Source: Trypethelium eluteriae (taxonomy: Eukaryota). From it: a stretch of 64,000 nt of DNA. The translations under genes and the position numbers were made by a program. The stretch covers positions 1-64,000 of the forward strand of contig JAVECL010000011.1 of the NCBI GenBank assembly GCA_051942245.1, given 5' to 3'. The notes under the pieces are model-generated. The model was not told the DNA's origin, did not search any database, and saw only the letters and a program-made list of their open reading frames with translations. Numbering within the stretch: position 1 is the stretch's first letter; every line of letters begins with the position of its first letter. Below, in pieces: positions 39,336 to 52,310 of the stretch.

Positions 39336-41280
39336 TCATGCCGTATCTCTTTGTAGTCCAGTTTTATATCTCGCCAGGGCACGATCCCGGCAAACTTTAT
39401 GTTCAACAATAGGCCTCGGATAACCCTTCTCCTTTGCCATCTTCTCTACACCTCTTTCGTAGGGTGCATGCACAGCGTTGCCTTGTACGTTCTCTAGTTC
39501 CTTCACCCATCGCCGAATATATTCACCTTTGGGATCAAACTTCTCACTCTGAAGTAGCGGGTTGAAGATACGAAAGTACGGTTGAGGATCTACTCCTGTC
39601 GAGGCGCTAAACCCCCAACCACCGTTGTTCGATGCAAAGTCGCCATCAACAAGGTGCTCCATGAAGTATCGCTCACCCATGCGCCAATCAATCAGTAAGT
39701 CTTTCGAAAGGAAGGAAGCCACAATCATACGGCAACGATTGTGCATGTAACCCATGTGGTTGAGCTGTCGCATGGCGGCATCGACAATAGGAAAGCCAGT
39801 TCGTCCTTCACACCACGCGGCGAAATGCTCGTCATTGTATTCCCATTCTATATTGGTATACTCGAACTTGAACGGTTTGTTCATGCTTATGTTGTCCGTT
39901 AGGGCAGAGTCACGACAAGGTCATTTCGAAATGGACTTACCAGACGTACGGCCAATGTGCCAGAACATGCTTATAGAAGTCTCTCCATGCCAGTTCACTA
40001 ATCCATCCGGAGATCCCAGCGTTGCCACCATCGAGCTTCTGCGTGCTATTTGCCGACCTTGCCATCCGCACAGCTGTCCTTGCGGCTAGCGTTCCGGCGC
40101 TAAGGTGGACACTGATCACAGCAGTGCTATTCGCGGCCGGGAAATTTCTCGTGTCCTTGTACTTCCCGATCTTTTGTTGGAGAAACTTCTGTAAACGTTC
40201 CTCGGCTTCGTGTTCGCCTGCCGGCCACATGCTTTCGAACCGTGTCCTCTCTTCGCTCGACAATTGCTTGTTTTCTGGCGCAGATGGAATGCTCATCTCA
40301 AACAGATCTTTGAACTTCTTGCGGGCGCTGTCAGGATTCTTTCTGGGACGCTCGTATGTGTCAAGAAGTTCCGGATGTCGGTGGATGTGAGCAACCCATG
40401 CCCTGTACCATGGGCTGTATACACTAAATTGTTTACCTGCGCCTGTCTTCAATTGACCGGGTGCGACAACTACATCGTCGTGTACTGCGGTGAAGTTGAT
40501 GCCTTTCTCTAAACATTTCTGCGTCATCAGGGACTCTCGCCTCAATTCATCAACCTCATACTCGATATTACAAAATATATGGTTTGCTTTCCATTCCATA
40601 CATTTCTCGATGATTTTTTCTGGTATTTCTTTCCGCTTGGGAACAACCATGACGTGCAGCGGTATATCCAACTCTTCCAAATCCGGCTTGAGGGCTTCTA
40701 GGGACCTGAGCTCGAAGTCGACGCGTGCTGCGGCAGTACAATGCGCCTGGTAATCTTGCGGGCTCACAATGAACATGCAAACAAGCGGCATAGACTTGCT
40801 CTTTGCCTTCTCAGACGCCAGATGTAGGGCACGGTTGTCGGCAAGCCGCAAATCTCGCTTGAACCAATGTACTACGGCTTCCCCAGCATTTATCTTTGCT
40901 CTGTCATCCGCAGTATCTTCAATGGTTTTTGCTAAGACCTCAATAGGTCTAGGTATCTCATCATTGTTATATTGTTCGCAGCGCTCATTGGACATTTGCT
41001 GGGGATAGAAGTCTCGCTGTACAATGCCGTAGCGCTCTTCGATGCGCGAATGGTCAAAACGAGGCTCGGGCTGGCGGGAAGAAGTGTCGCCATTGGAAAT
41101 GTTGAGCTTTTTGGGGACTGGGGGAGAGATAGAGGAGGAGGCTGGTGATTTGCGCTTAGCAGTATCCTTGTGAGGCATGGCTTGAAGAAAGCAACGAGCC
41201 TGTTTGATGATCGAAGATCTGGTAGATGGCCGCAACGTGAGACTTGGGAAAGAGAGAGTCTGAAATTTATGTACTTGCAT
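39336..41280 (-). CDS. phr1: Class I CPD DNA photolyase
   Basis: VHWFKRDLRLADNRAL, WISELAWRDFY, WCEGRTGFPIVDAAMRQL..GYMHNRCRM, DGDFASNNGGW, PYFRIFNP; intron 39886-39940. Confidence 0.95.
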
Positions 41281-41999
41281 GAAGAATGTAGACTACCAGA
41301 TAATAATGCCTATTGATGCTGCCCCAGATTCTTGGTTCCTGGAAATCGGGCCAATGACATCACGAAGCGGCCGTAGCGTATAAACTTTAGTATGGAGCCT
41401 CACCTCCCCTCCGAAGCGATCCCATCCCTGACCGGCCTTTAAGGAATGCTGATCGAGTACTTAGCCACACCGTCCTCAGAAAGACCAAGGTCACAATAAG
41501 ACCGACATGCATTCCTGTGCCAGAGCCAGCCAAGTATTGCTCCGGATATGAGGTGCACCTTTGGCCGCCGTATTGCCAGAGATCACAAAGGAGCCACCAC
41601 TTTTCTGTTAACAAGACTGACTTCTAACAAACCGCACGCCCTCGAGATCCATGCGAACAAGATGCTATTTCGGGATGGAACATGATTGTTCCCACTAAAG
41701 GCTGGATTGAGAAGATGTACTTTCACTGCTTTGCTCGTTGACCTAGTATTCGACGAACATCATCTAGAAGACTGATACATTGGCTCATCAATTTGATCGT
41801 GTTGCGCTGGAAATGATCGAGTGATATTCTGCATATAAACTATACAAGCTTGATCCATGAAGATGAACGATGGATGCTTCAAGTCCGGCCCGGCCCATCG
41901 TACTCCAGAAGGTGACATGAATCAATCAGATCTCTGGGAACATGAACTGACTAATAGCTGGGTACGTCTCGAAGATGAGTCGATAGAAAAGCTCGCTTG

Positions 42000-43828
42000 C
42001 TATGGAGCCTTCCTACGGATCACCTGACAACGGAAGTTTGTCTGTTTCACAAACCAGAAATTTTCGCACTGCAATGGCTGGGTCGGATCCTCAAGCTGAA
42101 AATCGAAGTTACGGATAAGTTGTGGGATGACCTTGGACATTTCTAACATCGAGATATTCTTTCCAAGGCAGTTTCGAGCGCCGAGACCGAACTGTACGAT
42201 TGGGGATGAGATCATGCCACCAGATTGCCGAGTGCTGAGGGATATAACTTAGCAGGAAGAACTGAGACCTCACTTACCGGGAAATTGTATTGCTCCATGA
42301 GAGAAAGTTGCCTCGAATCCGCTTCAAGCCAGCGCTCAGGCCGGAAGATGGGAGCATCCGGTCCAAAGGCGTCTTCGTTGTAGTGCGCTACCCAGGTATT
42401 TATACCAACAGTGGCCTAAGTACCTTTCGTCAACACGTATCATTCTTAGACAATGAGGGATCGCATACGCCTTCAGGGAAATATTGCCCAATGATTGAAG
42501 CGCCCCCTGCTGGAACCTTCCGAAAGAGCGGCAAGCCTGTGGCGGGATGGAGACGAAGGCTCTCTGCAATTTCTATGTGAGCTACGCAACATTAAAGACG
42601 ACTTGGATGCCTACCTTTAATGACTGCATTGAGATATGGCATAGACTGGGCCTCCTTGAACGTAAGCGCCTCGGGTGATCGGGTATTTGAGACGTGTCCT
42701 TCAATCTCCGCCCTTAGTTTTTCCACAGTTTCAGGATTACGGCAAAGGTTATTGACAATAGCCGTGAGCGATATTCCAGTTGTATCCGATCCGGCGAAGA
42801 TGTTGCCCATGGAATGTGCTAGCACGGCATGCATCGGAAAACTCTCTGGCTTTTCCGAATGGCCGTTAAGAAATCTATCGACTTGTGGAATTGGACCATC
42901 ATCAGCCTGCAAACTGAGCCCCGCCTTAGCTTTGTGTCGCGCAAGCTCTGCTTGGCCAAACTCAGAAAGATATGCAAACCCTGCTGCTCCAGAGCCAGGC
43001 AGGCGGCTCATGACGCGGAAGGTCAGGCCGTGCAAGAAAGGATAGACACCAGAGAGGTTTGTGAAGACTCGACGCTTTTCCAGGGCTTGGATTAGACCTC
43101 CGATATCCTCTCCGTGGTCGAGGAAACCAAATCGCTTACCAAACTTATCACTGTCAGCACGGATTACGTGTAGGCGTGTAGGCTCACCCTGGAGATCGTA
43201 CTGTAATATTTCCAATCACATCAAACGCGTATTTTTGCAACCAGTCACCAAGATTAACAACAACCCCTGTGTCGCTACTCTCGTCAAGCCGTTGCATCAA
43301 GAGCCGCCCGCAATCATCCACAAAGCTCTCGTAGCCTACCAGCGTGGACATTTGGTAGTAAGCTTGGACAGATCTTCGAAGCGCATTGTGATATGGAATA
43401 CTGCGGGTAGTGAACAAAGCTTCGAACTTATGCGTGGGGTTTGCGAAACCCCAATCTGCATCAAAGGCATCAGTCTTACCCCATAGCTTCCAGAAACTAG
43501 AGAGACATGTCGGAGAAGAGAAGATAAAGAACGACTTACACCAATCAGCTTTTGGAAAGTGTGAGCCTAAACCATATATTGTCTTGACAGCATCCGGGTC
43601 ATCGATGCTGTACTGGTTTGGAGCGATGCGGACAATCTTGCCATATTTTTGATGCAATTCGATATTTGTTGACTGAAAGTTTCCGTTCCAGAGCTTCTTG
43701 AAATACCATGCATTCGTAAAACGCGCTGCAAAAGGACCGGGGACTTGTCGTAATGGGGAAAATAAGTGACGAAACAGGAGCGACAGGAGACAAGAAACTA
43801 CGACTGCGATAACATAGACGTAGTGCAT
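42000..43828 (-). CDS. Cytochrome P450 monooxygenase (pisatin demethylase-like), 6 exons
   Basis: TM anchor and VPGP, I-helix AGSDTT, ExxR (ESLR), FRPERW, heme motif FGLGARNCLG; exons splice in frame. Confidence 0.92.
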
Positions 43829-45786
43829 GTTCGACAAGCTATACTGGGGTAAATCTCATGAATTCTATCAGGTCATCATACAGACAATCTTTTCGTTGCT
43901 TTCAACCCTCTTTTTCCAGCTGTAAAGTTCTCTTCCTGGTACCCTGGATCACGCAGAGATTGGATCGCAGATCATCAATGGGTGAGCATGAGATGAATCA
44001 GGAGTATGCGTAGACAGTATGCTGTTGATCTCGTGTGCTCTCCTCCATTACGGCATAGAAGCTCGGGACAGACGGGTAATCTCCTAGAGTTCTCTATTGC
44101 GGCACGGTTATTCGGTGGCCATTGCCCAATGGAGGTGGAAAACGTTTTGGGAGCTCAGAATTTTAATAATGTACAACATCAAAATTGAAGGGTATTTACT
44201 ATCGCTTCGCGCTAGGCTTGGTGCCGACATAAAATGTCTCATATTCCGCGTGAGCGACGGAATGCAGCATGTTACGGCAAGCATCATTGCTGTTCTCAAA
44301 ATAACGCGTTGTGCACGCGTGCGTCGATGGAGATGTGCGGGGTAAAATTCTGTGCCACTTATTTCGTCGCCCGCTGTATGAAATTAGTGTCGTATACTTA
44401 TCGGGACGTTGCTTGAGCGAATCCCCGGACAGCATTGAGCTCCAGACTGACGCTGTGTTATTAGCCATATAGGCTGGTGTGGCTGGCACCTCACCATGTG
44501 AAGCACAGTACAAAGTCTGATATAGCAACGCTATGTTACATGAGTACAAAAGCAGTAAGCGCCAGAGATGGTGAAGGGTTGCACCAATCTGCGATCGAGA
44601 TGCTCGTAGTAGGCATCTTCGACATGGCCGCGTAAATAAGAGGCATTGTGCCACCGAAAGTCATCTCTGCATTGTGGTTCAGGCTCCCGGACGGTTGTTA
44701 GCATTGTCTGACTGGCGAGCAGCTGGAGGACCTTTGTCTCAGTTTATTGTATGACATTGGACGTAATCAAAAGAAATTAAGGATTGGACCTTGCAAATGG
44801 AGACTTGGATTTGCGGGATAGGAGTTCAAGCTCAAGAGAGAGCGCAGCTACGGCCGCGCCGCAATGAGTAACAGAGGAATAGGCAAGGACGATGAAAATA
44901 TCACGGAGTACGAGTGAAAGACAATACCGGTATTTTGAATGGGTAGAGGTACAGAGATCTATGAAGTGTGGGCTGCAAATCATTATGCTATCAGTATCAC
45001 AACAGCAAGTTACGCAACCCGAGTTTGAAGATGCGGCTGGAAGTTGCCTTGCTGGGAGACACTTTCGTAGACAACTTTGGCGGCAAATTCCCTTCAACTC
45101 TGTTCCGCTTTCGCTGAAGGCTATATTTGTATGAGCCTAGCCCGACACCTGTCCTGTCTATCGAGGAGTAAGCTCTTGTCATCCTAATTTGGGGTAAGAT
45201 GGGCGCCTGCGCTTCACCAAATTAGGTAAGGCACCGTACAAGTCTGTCACGAAGCAGACACGATTCCTTACCTTCCACTGACCGATATCTATACGGCGAT
45301 AGCTTCAAAGTGCAGTGCTTTTATTTAGCTGCCCCTACTTCTTTCTCGGACCTCTAATTGTACGGTGCACTGAATGAGCCAATGATGAGCGCGTACGCAT
45401 ATTGTACCTCTGATCCTATCTATTTTCCACACAAGACGAACGGGGGAGTCAATGTTACTCCTACCTTGAATTTTTGGCGACTGAGCGATGCGGATCTATC
45501 ACCAAATGCCGTAGACTCATCCGTCCCGCTGTCTGTTTGTTCTGTTTAAGTGGAGAATAGTTCCTCAGAGACGGTCACACTGCTGGCTGCGAGACGCCGA
45601 TCTGGTTGCTCATCTTGAAACACATCTGGCCAAATGCCGCTAGCCGCTTGCCTAACTTTATCCCAAGTGTAACATTGAGGATGACGGTGAGACATTGCTC
45701 AACTATCATCTGAACGATGCTCATCACCCATCAACAAAGCCTAGCAAGGAATGCTGCCGGACCGACACTGGAAACTCTCAAATTCA

Positions 45787-48175
45787 TCACGATAGAGGTC
45801 GCATCAGGTTCGAATCGGCAACCCAAGCGTCCCATTGTTCCCACGTGATGGTTTCAGTAGGATTGTCCTTCATATTGTAGTCCTGAGCCAACATCAAGTC
45901 CAGCTCCATATCCAAGTTGCCGACTTGGCAGTCGTCGTACCCATTGAGGAGATAAAATGGGTCGCTCTCAACGGTGCTCCCGGTCTGGGCAAAACTTGGC
46001 GGATGTGACATCGTACTCTGCTGAAGAGAAGCCGATTCCAAGGTATCGCTCACATGGGTAACACCGGCTTCCGAGCTCGGATCAATGTCGTGAGAGCTAA
46101 CAAAATCCTCTCGTCGACTGCTCTTCGCATTTCGGGCTTGCCTCTTCGTCTTTGCGATCTCACGTTGTTGGCGTAGCTGCAATATAAATTCCGGTGTCGG
46201 CGGACGATATAGGTTCCGTCTCTGGAGGGCAGCTTCGCGATCACTGTATGCTTTCAAGCAGAGATTGCCGATGGCCACGTGGATAGGCTTTTTCATGTCT
46301 AAGATCATCCCAGGGGTTGTCTTATACGTATCGCCAATAAGTTGCCATGTTTTGTCAGCATCCGCCTTGACCGGATCGGCTCGGAGGGTATCAAGTATGT
46401 GAATGAAAGCGTGCCATTGCTGGTAAAATGCTCCATGCCACGCAAATCTTCTGAGCAGAGGATTTGATTGTACCATGTTGAACTGCTCAAGGAGCTTGAT
46501 ACTGACTTCCCAAACCAACTGACGCTCTGGAAGCGGTGTCTGCTCTATGCTGGCCCATCTTCGTGGATGATGTGTTAAGAAGCGGACGACATTCATGCCA
46601 TACCGAGCCACCAGCATTGTCAGGAGGTGTAACGGTTGTGAAGGATCACAGTAGCGTAGGTACTTCGTTTCAAGAGCTTCTTCGAGCGCCCGGCAAGCTT
46701 TTTCTACTTCCGCTTTGCCGCCATCTGGGGTATCGAGGTTCCATTCACTGGACCCCTTTCCCTGACGGCGGAACGTGGCGATGCATTGCGCAGCAAAGTG
46801 GGCAAATTCATATCTGAAAGCAACAAAGACCATATCTGTCAACGTATTCGTTTCGGCTACAAGTGAAGGCATGCCTGGATGCAGCTGGTTGTCGTTGACG
46901 TTTGTCGGCCACTTTGTGCTCTCGGTACCCAGATCCAGGTCTCGGAATTTGGCGAGGCCACAAAGCTCAGCGCTACGAAAGTCGTGCAACTTTAGTTGCC
47001 ACCAAACACGTCGCCGCATCTCAGTCTCAAATGGAGGTAGGCCTAAAGATTCTCCATCGCGCTCGAGGCCCATGCCTTGGGCGATACGAATAGCCACGCC
47101 TGTCAAGGTCCAAACAACACGCGGCTCATAGATATCTCGCACCGAGAAGAGATGAAGGACCAATGCTTGAAGAATGACGAGGCTGTTAGTTCCCATAAAC
47201 TCAGCTCGCGACAATGCTACTTCCGTGGCTGATATGTATTGCGAAAGTAGGGTGTTGCGGGGCTCAGAAAAACGCTGTCTGCACTCATCATCTTTCAGCG
47301 AATTGACGGCAGCACCGTAGATAGCAAAAATAAGCGCTTCGAAGCTCCGTGGTATAGTCGTGATGTTGCTCGCAGCTTTCTCAATTACTGGTCGTAATGT
47401 AGGAACATGCACGATCTTCGTCAGAGGATCAACATTATCTGTGAAAACCCCCCATAACTGATGAATCTGCTCGGACGGCGGATGGCCGGGCCTATTGTTG
47501 GACATTGGTCGACTACTGAGCACAAAACTAACATCATCATCCAACGCTTCCGGGTCGCTCGAGTCATTTGTACCTTCCAGAGTATTCTCGGAGTCGTGGG
47601 ACTAAGGGTGCTATTAGTAGTCGTTCACAGAGGAGTCCCCCATCTGCCCATGGACATCAACTCAATCAACTCACTTCTTCTACCAGTCTCGTCCACAAGC
47701 TACTGAGTAGATTCTCAGCGGACAGCCATATAGATTGCGAAAGAACCTACTTTTCAACGAACCTGAAGCATACTTGACCGTTGATTACTTGAGGCTTGTC
47801 AGTATATGGATTTGGCTCAGACTCATTAGAGGAAGGAGTCTGCAGCTGAGAATCTTTGGGGTCTGCTGTCACTGTGTGGCTCGAATCGCTGCGTGGCTTA
47901 GAGCTGGGAGTATCCGGTAGCTTGCTTGGATCGATGCCTCGCTCTTGAAGTAAAGTCTCATAGTGTTTGAGCCGATCGGTGAGGATCTGAACTTTAACGC
48001 GTTTGTGTCTCTTCCGAACTGGCTGTGAGGGATTAAAGACGCAATCAACGTTATGCTTGACACAAGCACTGCATGGCCTTTGTCGGTCGCACTTGACCTT
48101 TCGATTCGCGCAGCGGATGCAGGAATAGGTAGGCCTGCTAGGAATGTTCAAGGAAGAGGAAGCTGTAGTGTTCAT
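45787..48175 (-). CDS. Zn(II)2Cys6 transcription factor (AurR2/Bik5-like type)
   Basis: SCIRCANRKVKCDRQRPCSACVKHNVDC; DNVDPLTKIVHVP, GLERDG, PPFETEMRRRVWWQ; two short introns between about 47605 and 47750. Confidence 0.9.
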
Positions 48176-48318
48176 GACATCCGAATTTGAGCAATGAACC
48201 TAACGAAGAGCTGATGAAAATGGCTGAATGGAGATCATCGAAGATTGTACCTAGTCGAGAGCTCCGCTAGAGTAGAGTAGTCTAACTCTCTAGAGTACTC
48301 TACGTCGTCGCTCGCCGC

Positions 48319-48371
48319 TCGGGCTCAACCATGCCCGAAGTGGACGACGCCCGAAACTCACGATGCCCGAG
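48319..48371. promoter_or_regulatory. Putative Zn2Cys6 binding array: three direct GCCCGA repeats plus one inverted copy
   Basis: GCCCGA at 48333, 48349, 48365; TCGGGC at 48319; lies in the divergent promoter upstream of TATA-like TATAGATATATAG and TATTTAAA. Confidence 0.5.
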
Positions 48372-48565
48372 CTACAGATACATATGCAAGGTAAGACATC
48401 ACTTTGTGCTCCGAATCCGAATTTCTTTTGCGTAATATAGATATATAGAATGTCTGACGGTTATTTAAATGGGACAATGCTCGCCTCTATTTCAGAATAT
48501 CCATATTCTCCATTCCTCAAAGATCTAAACTTTTCATCACACTTACGATCATCTTGAATCTTGTC

Positions 48566-49807
48566 ATGCGCGTACTAATCTGTGGAGCGGGTGTCGCTGG
48601 GCCCACGCTGGCGTGGTTTCTGGCAAAGGCTGGCACGCATGTTACCATCATCGAGAAGAGCAGCACTCCTCCCCATGGACAGAATGTCGATCTCAAGGGT
48701 GGTGCAGTCACACTTATAAAGAAAATGGGTCTTATGGACCAAATTCGACGATTTAACACGACGGAAAAAGGTACAAAATTCGTCAATTCCAAAGGACAAA
48801 CGTTTGCATCCTTTCCTGTCGACGTGGGTACTAGCTTCAGCTCGGAATTCGAGATCCTGCGTGGAGACTTGGTGGCGATCCTCCATGAGGCTACCAAGCA
48901 TCATCCGAATGTCAACTACTTGTTCGGTACCACAATTGAAGAAGTCCTTTCAAATGACGACGACACTGTCAAAGTCGAATTGAGCAACGGGGAGGTGCAG
49001 GAGTTCGACCTCTTGGTCGCAGCAGACGGTCAGTGGTCAAAGTTGCGAAAGCAGTGCTTCCCTCCGGAGGATGTCAAAGTTGTCGATTTGGGAATGTACG
49101 TCAGCTATTGTACAATTCCGCGCCTACCCAGCGATAACGACTGGTGGAACCTCTACATGGCTCTTAACTCAAGAATCGTCTCTACTAGACCAGATCCACA
49201 TGGCACCATCAAGACAATGTTGTCTCACATGCCGTGCAACGATGCTGAAGAAACGGCGTGGCGGAAGGCATTTCAGGGTGATGGGCAGGCGCTGAAAAAG
49301 TTCCTGAAAAAGGAGTTTGCAGATGCTGGATGGCAGGCGCAGAGAATTTTGGATGCCATGGATGAAGCGTCCGACTTCTACTTCCATGTGATCCAACAGA
49401 TCAAGATGTCCAGATGGTCCAACTCCCGCATCGTCTGCCTAGGCGATGCAGCCTACGCTCCGTCGCCGCTCTCCGGTATGGGCACTTCGCTGGCCATAGT
49501 TGGTGCCCATATCCTTGCAGGCGAACTGAGCAAGCTCGATGACGGTGACAATCCTTCCAAGGCACTTGTGACTTACGAGAGCAAACTTCGCCCGTTTGTC
49601 GAGGAGGAGCAGAATCTTCCTTCCTTTGTTCCAGCTATTGCGCATCCCAAGTCGGCATGGAAGAGATGGCTGCTAAAAGTCTTTGTGTGGGCACTCGCCA
49701 AAATCGCGTCGTTTCCATGGGCAGCAAATATGCTCGGTGATGGGGGCAACGATGACAAATTTCCATTACCAGAATACCCGAGCCTGGATGACGAGGGCTC
49801 TAAGTGA
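48566..49807 (+). CDS. FAD-dependent monooxygenase/oxidoreductase (group A-like), intronless
   Basis: VLICGAGVAG Rossmann motif, EILRGDL, DLLVAADG, LGDAAYAPSPLSGMGTSLA. Confidence 0.92.
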   Translation: MRVLICGAGVAGPTLAWFLAKAGTHVTIIEKSSTPPHGQNVDLKGGAVTLIKKMGLMDQIRRFNTTEKGTKFVNSKGQTFASFPVDVGTSFSSEFEILRGDLVAILHEATKHHPNVNYLFGTTIEEVLSNDDDTVKVELSNGEVQEFDLLVAADGQWSKLRKQCFPPEDVKVVDLGMYVSYCTIPRLPSDNDWWNLYMALNSRIVSTRPDPHGTIKTMLSHMPCNDAEETAWRKAFQGDGQALKKFLKKEFADAGWQAQRILDAMDEASDFYFHVIQQIKMSRWSNSRIVCLGDAAYAPSPLSGMGTSLAIVGAHILAGELSKLDDGDNPSKALVTYESKLRPFVEEEQNLPSFVPAIAHPKSAWKRWLLKVFVWALAKIASFPWAANMLGDGGNDDKFPLPEYPSLDDEGSK

Positions 49808-51379
49808 GGTAGGGATCTGTCATCAGAGTTCTAAACACTCTATAGACAGCTTGGAGTCGGGGTCGGGGTCTGAGAAGGGTTCGTTTCTCCTTGCTATATG
49901 CATAAGCGTTACCATTCAACAAGAAGTGTATTCAATTGAATAACTTGCCAGCAATACCATGGCATTTCCACGAAAGTCATTATATAGCAGTACCTTAATC
50001 TAGATTTCAGTGGCTGATAAAGCACTTTTCCTCTTGACATGGATTCCTATCTCTTGCGAATCTGCCCAGAAAATAGACGGAGCACGCTGGAGTCTAGAGT
50101 ATGAATGAGATCAGGATTCTAAATCAAAAGATGAGGTAAAGGTGAGTAGCAAGAGTAGTGATGGTACAATCAGAGTAGAGGCTGAGTTACCAAAGTTGAA
50201 TCGGGTGAACAGCGTGATAGTGTACGAGACGAGGTACCTCCGTACACTTGGTTAGTAACGTACGAACCCCGAAGCCCCCACTTTGCCTGGATAAGTAAGC
50301 CGTCAATTGTGGTTTCCAGGGATTACCCACCTTAGCCATGTGGTCATCTCGCGCCTGGCACTCGCAATCTCATTGGACAGGTAATTTCGACTATTCTCTT
50401 AATGAATAATGACGGTCTTTTCGCCAAGTAAGGGGCCGAAGGGGAAGAGACGGCAGCGTACTTCGTATGTTGGCCCTTATCAAAACGATTAACCCATTTC
50501 TCTTGCTAGTGGCTTCTGTTGAGCTTTTAGAGTTACTCTGCGATTGAAAGTTATCGAGTTTCCTGTCATGTTGTGCTGTTGCTCTGAAGATGATGGGCGC
50601 AAAACCGATGATTTCATGGGCTTATTTCTTGTACTAACGGCGCAAGATGCCATCACCCCGTAGCTTTGCCTGCGATCCATAAGCTCGCAGGCCCTACTCC
50701 AAAGATCTTGCTTCATGGTACGGCCATCAGAGACGTCATCATGTCCTTCCCCATTATTCGTTTTTGCTGGGTACTTGGGTCGAAGAAAACTGCACCTCTG
50801 GAGCGAGATCAGTTTGTGTGATGGCATGCACTAAAACCACAATGCAGATGCCCAGGCATACGATAAATTGCCTTTTTCTTCCGCCTTTTCCTTTCCCTTC
50901 GAGTACGTACACTTCATAGTCAGGTTTCCCGTGTCTCTCACTGCTCGCTGGTTTTTCGGTGTAGAAGGATTTGGAATACTCCGATCCTGCTAATTCTTCA
51001 GCTCTTGGACCCTTAAAAAAGTGGCTCATTGCTCCAGTGCTGTTCGATAGAATGTCTTTCCCCTTTCCCGGTCGGTGAGGGAGGGGGATGAGGGGCGCCG
51101 TCATGAAACCGATAGTGCTATAACCCAAGCTTCCGGACGCAAGGCTCACGGCAGCCATATTATGCGCGAAAAGTATTTGGAAGCAATGGCGCTATCTCTG
51201 AGAAACGCCCAGCCAATGCTTTCGATCTCTGATTCCAATGGGACCATTGCTCAGTTCTAGACGATAGGCTTTGCCAGTCCATGTGGGGTATTTAAAGTCT
51301 TTGTTGACGCTCTCTTACATCTATGTTCTCACTCTAAAATCTCAGACAAATTGTATCACAAGCCGTGGAAATAATCATA

Positions 51380-52003
51380 ATGACGACCTACCAAGGACAG
51401 TGTCATTGCGGTCAGACCCAATGGGAGGCTACGCTGAATAATGATCAGACCAACCATGTTCTATGGTGTGTTCTTTCTACAAGATGCTTTATTCCTGAAG
51501 TCTGAAACTGACCTTTTGTTTTCCATCGCAGCCATTGCGACACTTGCAAAATTCTCGGAGGCGGCGCTTTCACTCTGAACCAAATCATTCCCAAGTCCGC
51601 GCTCAAGTTCACGAAAGGCGGTGACAGTCTAAAGGCCTACTCGTATAAGGGCGACTCTGGTAAGCAGACCTGGGCGGCTTGTTGTCTTGGCCTCTCGTAT
51701 TTCGCCGATTCTTCGACCACATCGTTTTTGCGACGGAGTCTTTTTATCTGATCCAATATTCTTGAATGCTGACTGAATCTCAACTGTTCAGGGAAATCGG
51801 TCAACTGCTACTACTGTCCGAATTGCACTACGCACGCATACCATCACCAGGAAGTTATGGGACCGGACACCATTATCCTGCGAACCGCTGTCTTGCCCAA
51901 AGGTCGCGCCGACTTCAAGCCTTCCGCGGAAATTTGGGGCAAGGCAAAGATGCCTTGGGAGAAGGAGGTGGCCCAGACGTTTGAGGTAATGCCACCATCT
52001 TAG
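51380..52003 (+). CDS. GFA/CENP-V (Mss4-like) zinc-binding protein
   Basis: Exons 51380-51465, 51532-51659, 51792-52003 give MTTYQGQCHCG...LCHCDTCK...GDSGKSVNCYYCPNC...PSAEIWGKAKMPW; absent from the ORF track. Confidence 0.9.
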
Positions 52004-52310
52004 GCGATCTAAAGCGGAGCAAATATCATGCGACTGGAAAGCTGTAGAAATGTGAAGTGAAAGCTGGAATGATTTCAGGCGGACAATCTTTAGTGTAACC
52101 AATGTAAATCCAAAATCGTCCCGATCCTCTTGCCAGGTTCGTTGAAGATGAAAATCTCTGATCGCTTATGGTTAACTCCCGTCTCGGCGCATCTAGGAAT
52201 TTAGACATTTTCTGGTGTGGTATTCAGATGGCTCTCGGATGTCAATGTCAATTTAACCTAGGTTGTTGCGGCTGGCTTCCTGTTCTGCCCAATCAGTGGA
52301 TAGACAGTGC

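Noticed and set aside
44400..45150. Possible decayed gene between the P450 and the TF
   Set aside because: Frames are full of stops and no family motif was recognisable; needs blastx
50489..51158. ORFs with a single TM-like segment
   Set aside because: Short, interrupted and unrecognised; may be a relic but is unsupported
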